Source: Podarcis erhardii | Lineage: Eukaryota | Assembly (NCBI GenBank): GCA_964252035.1 | Contig: OZ176201.1 | Direction: 5' to 3' (one strand) | DNA length: 64,000 nucleotides | Part shown: piece by piece, positions 62,825 to 64,000 of the stretch | How the letters are laid out: each line of letters opens with the position of its first letter | How positions within the stretch are numbered: the stretch's first letter is position 1 | Position numbers and translations under genes: made by a program | The notes under the pieces: model-generated | Database searches by the model: none | The model's input: only the letters and a program-made list of their open reading frames with translations | What the model was told of the DNA's origin: nothing

Positions 62825-63483
62825 AGCTGGACTGTCACGTCCCCCTTTCATTGTGTGGCTACAAGCTGCAACAGAACTGGACTCAGCTAGGCTCAGCTGG
62901 CCTGGTCCCCCCCTTACTTCAGCTCCAGGGCAAAAAGTCTTAAGTCTCACTCAAGCCAAGGGAGCGAGTGGCAAGGAGAAATTGGCTGCTGAGTGACTGT
63001 GAACAAACTGGAGTGGCTTCCTATCACTCAGGAAAAAACCTAAGTTGATGCCAGCTCCTCACTCTGCTTTCCTCTCTGTTAGAAAAGGTGAGCAGCGTGG
63101 CCCAACTCTCTTTTCCTTCCTGCCCTCAACCATTACCCAGTGATTTAAGAGAGTAAACATGCATAGGATTAATCTGCAAGCCAAGGTAGAGCAGACAATT
63201 TGAAATTTAAAGCGTTCAGTTCTTAAAGGAAAGCTCTTTTAAGACAATTACCGGTATTTATATTGTTCACTTATATAATACTGCAATCCTACCAAGTCAA
63301 CTTTGTGTTATATATACTATGTTTATTCCTCATGACTGTCTCATGCTTGGGGTTACCCAGTAAATTTGATGGACAACTAATTCTTCTTCACGTAACACAT
63401 CAGCTTATTGCAATTTTGTGCCACATGGTGAGGTGATGTAAGAGGTTCATAAGACAGGACTGATCCAGTGTCCAAACTTAGTG

Positions 63484-63726
63484 CAGTGGTACCTTGGTTT
63501 AAGAACAGCGCTGTTTACGAACTATTCGGAATTCGAACTCTGCAAAACTGGAAGTAGTGTTCCAGTTGGCGAACTTTACCTTGGTCTACGAATGGAAGCC
63601 AAATGGTGGAAGGGGACCAGTGGTGGGATTCCTCATTAGGGAAAGCGTGGCTCAGTTTAAGAACGGCTTTGGTTTAAGAACAGACTTCCAGAATAGATTA
63701 AGTTCGTAAACCGAGGTACCACTGTA
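63484..63726. mobile_element. Second Tigger/pogo-type MITE family
   Basis: CAGTGGTACCTTGGTTTA ... TAAACCGAGGTACCACTG-TA TIRs. The left flank is TG, probably a decayed TA. Confidence 0.8.
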
Positions 63727-64000
63727 GTTGTGGAATAAGAGAAGTCCTCTTAGGAATTGGCAACTGAGTAAAGAACAGGAAGCAGAAGGTAGGAATAGAT
63801 TGTTATTTCCCACTGTGGAATAGTGTAAGAAATAAGAGCCCCCCAAGGATCTGTATTGGAGCTGGTGCATTTCATCTTGTTCCTAAACGTTCTGAAGTTA
63901 GGAGTGAGCAGCGAGGTGGCCAAGTTTACTGATGAAACCAGATCATTTAGGATGTGATTAGCTCCAAATGTCTCTCTCCAAAATGAGTGAATGGGCTATA

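Larger units (their letters stand above)
11497..64000 (-). other. ADGRL1: Probable ADGRL1 5' intron(s) extending beyond the window
   Basis: The first coding exon starts with a splice acceptor, so an upstream exon must exist. No CpG island or other gene is seen in the 52.5 kb. Small non-coding exons could be hidden here. Confidence 0.6.

Overview
Vertebrate genomic DNA, almost certainly from a squamate reptile and probably a lacertid lizard, judged from Sauria SINEs, Squam3-like SINEs and lizard-type MITEs. The only protein-coding content is the 5' part of ADGRL1 (latrophilin-1) on the minus strand. The first coding exon is 11351-11496, with the ATG at 11420 and signal peptide MARLIHALWSLCITTVLVTSATQ. 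A 9.5-kb phase-1 intron follows, then the 214-bp lectin (RBL/SUEL) exon at 1652-1865. The next exon was not found in 1-1651. No CpG-island promoter is visible, so 11497-64000 is probably one very long 5' intron. The rest is TE-rich: Tc2- and Tigger/pogo-type MITEs, several hAT-type MITE families, Sauria, Squam3-like and MIR-like SINEs, RTE, CR1 and L2 fragments, and microsatellites. The best leads are (1) a 5'UTR hairpin that holds an upstream AUG of an 8-codon uORF in its loop, (2) inverted MITE copies on either side of the start-codon exon, (3) a 219-bp fold-back element, (4) nested insertions with target-site duplications, and (5) CpG-retaining candidate enhancers. TE family names come from recognition, not database searches. 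I found no evidence of a new multi-gene system.
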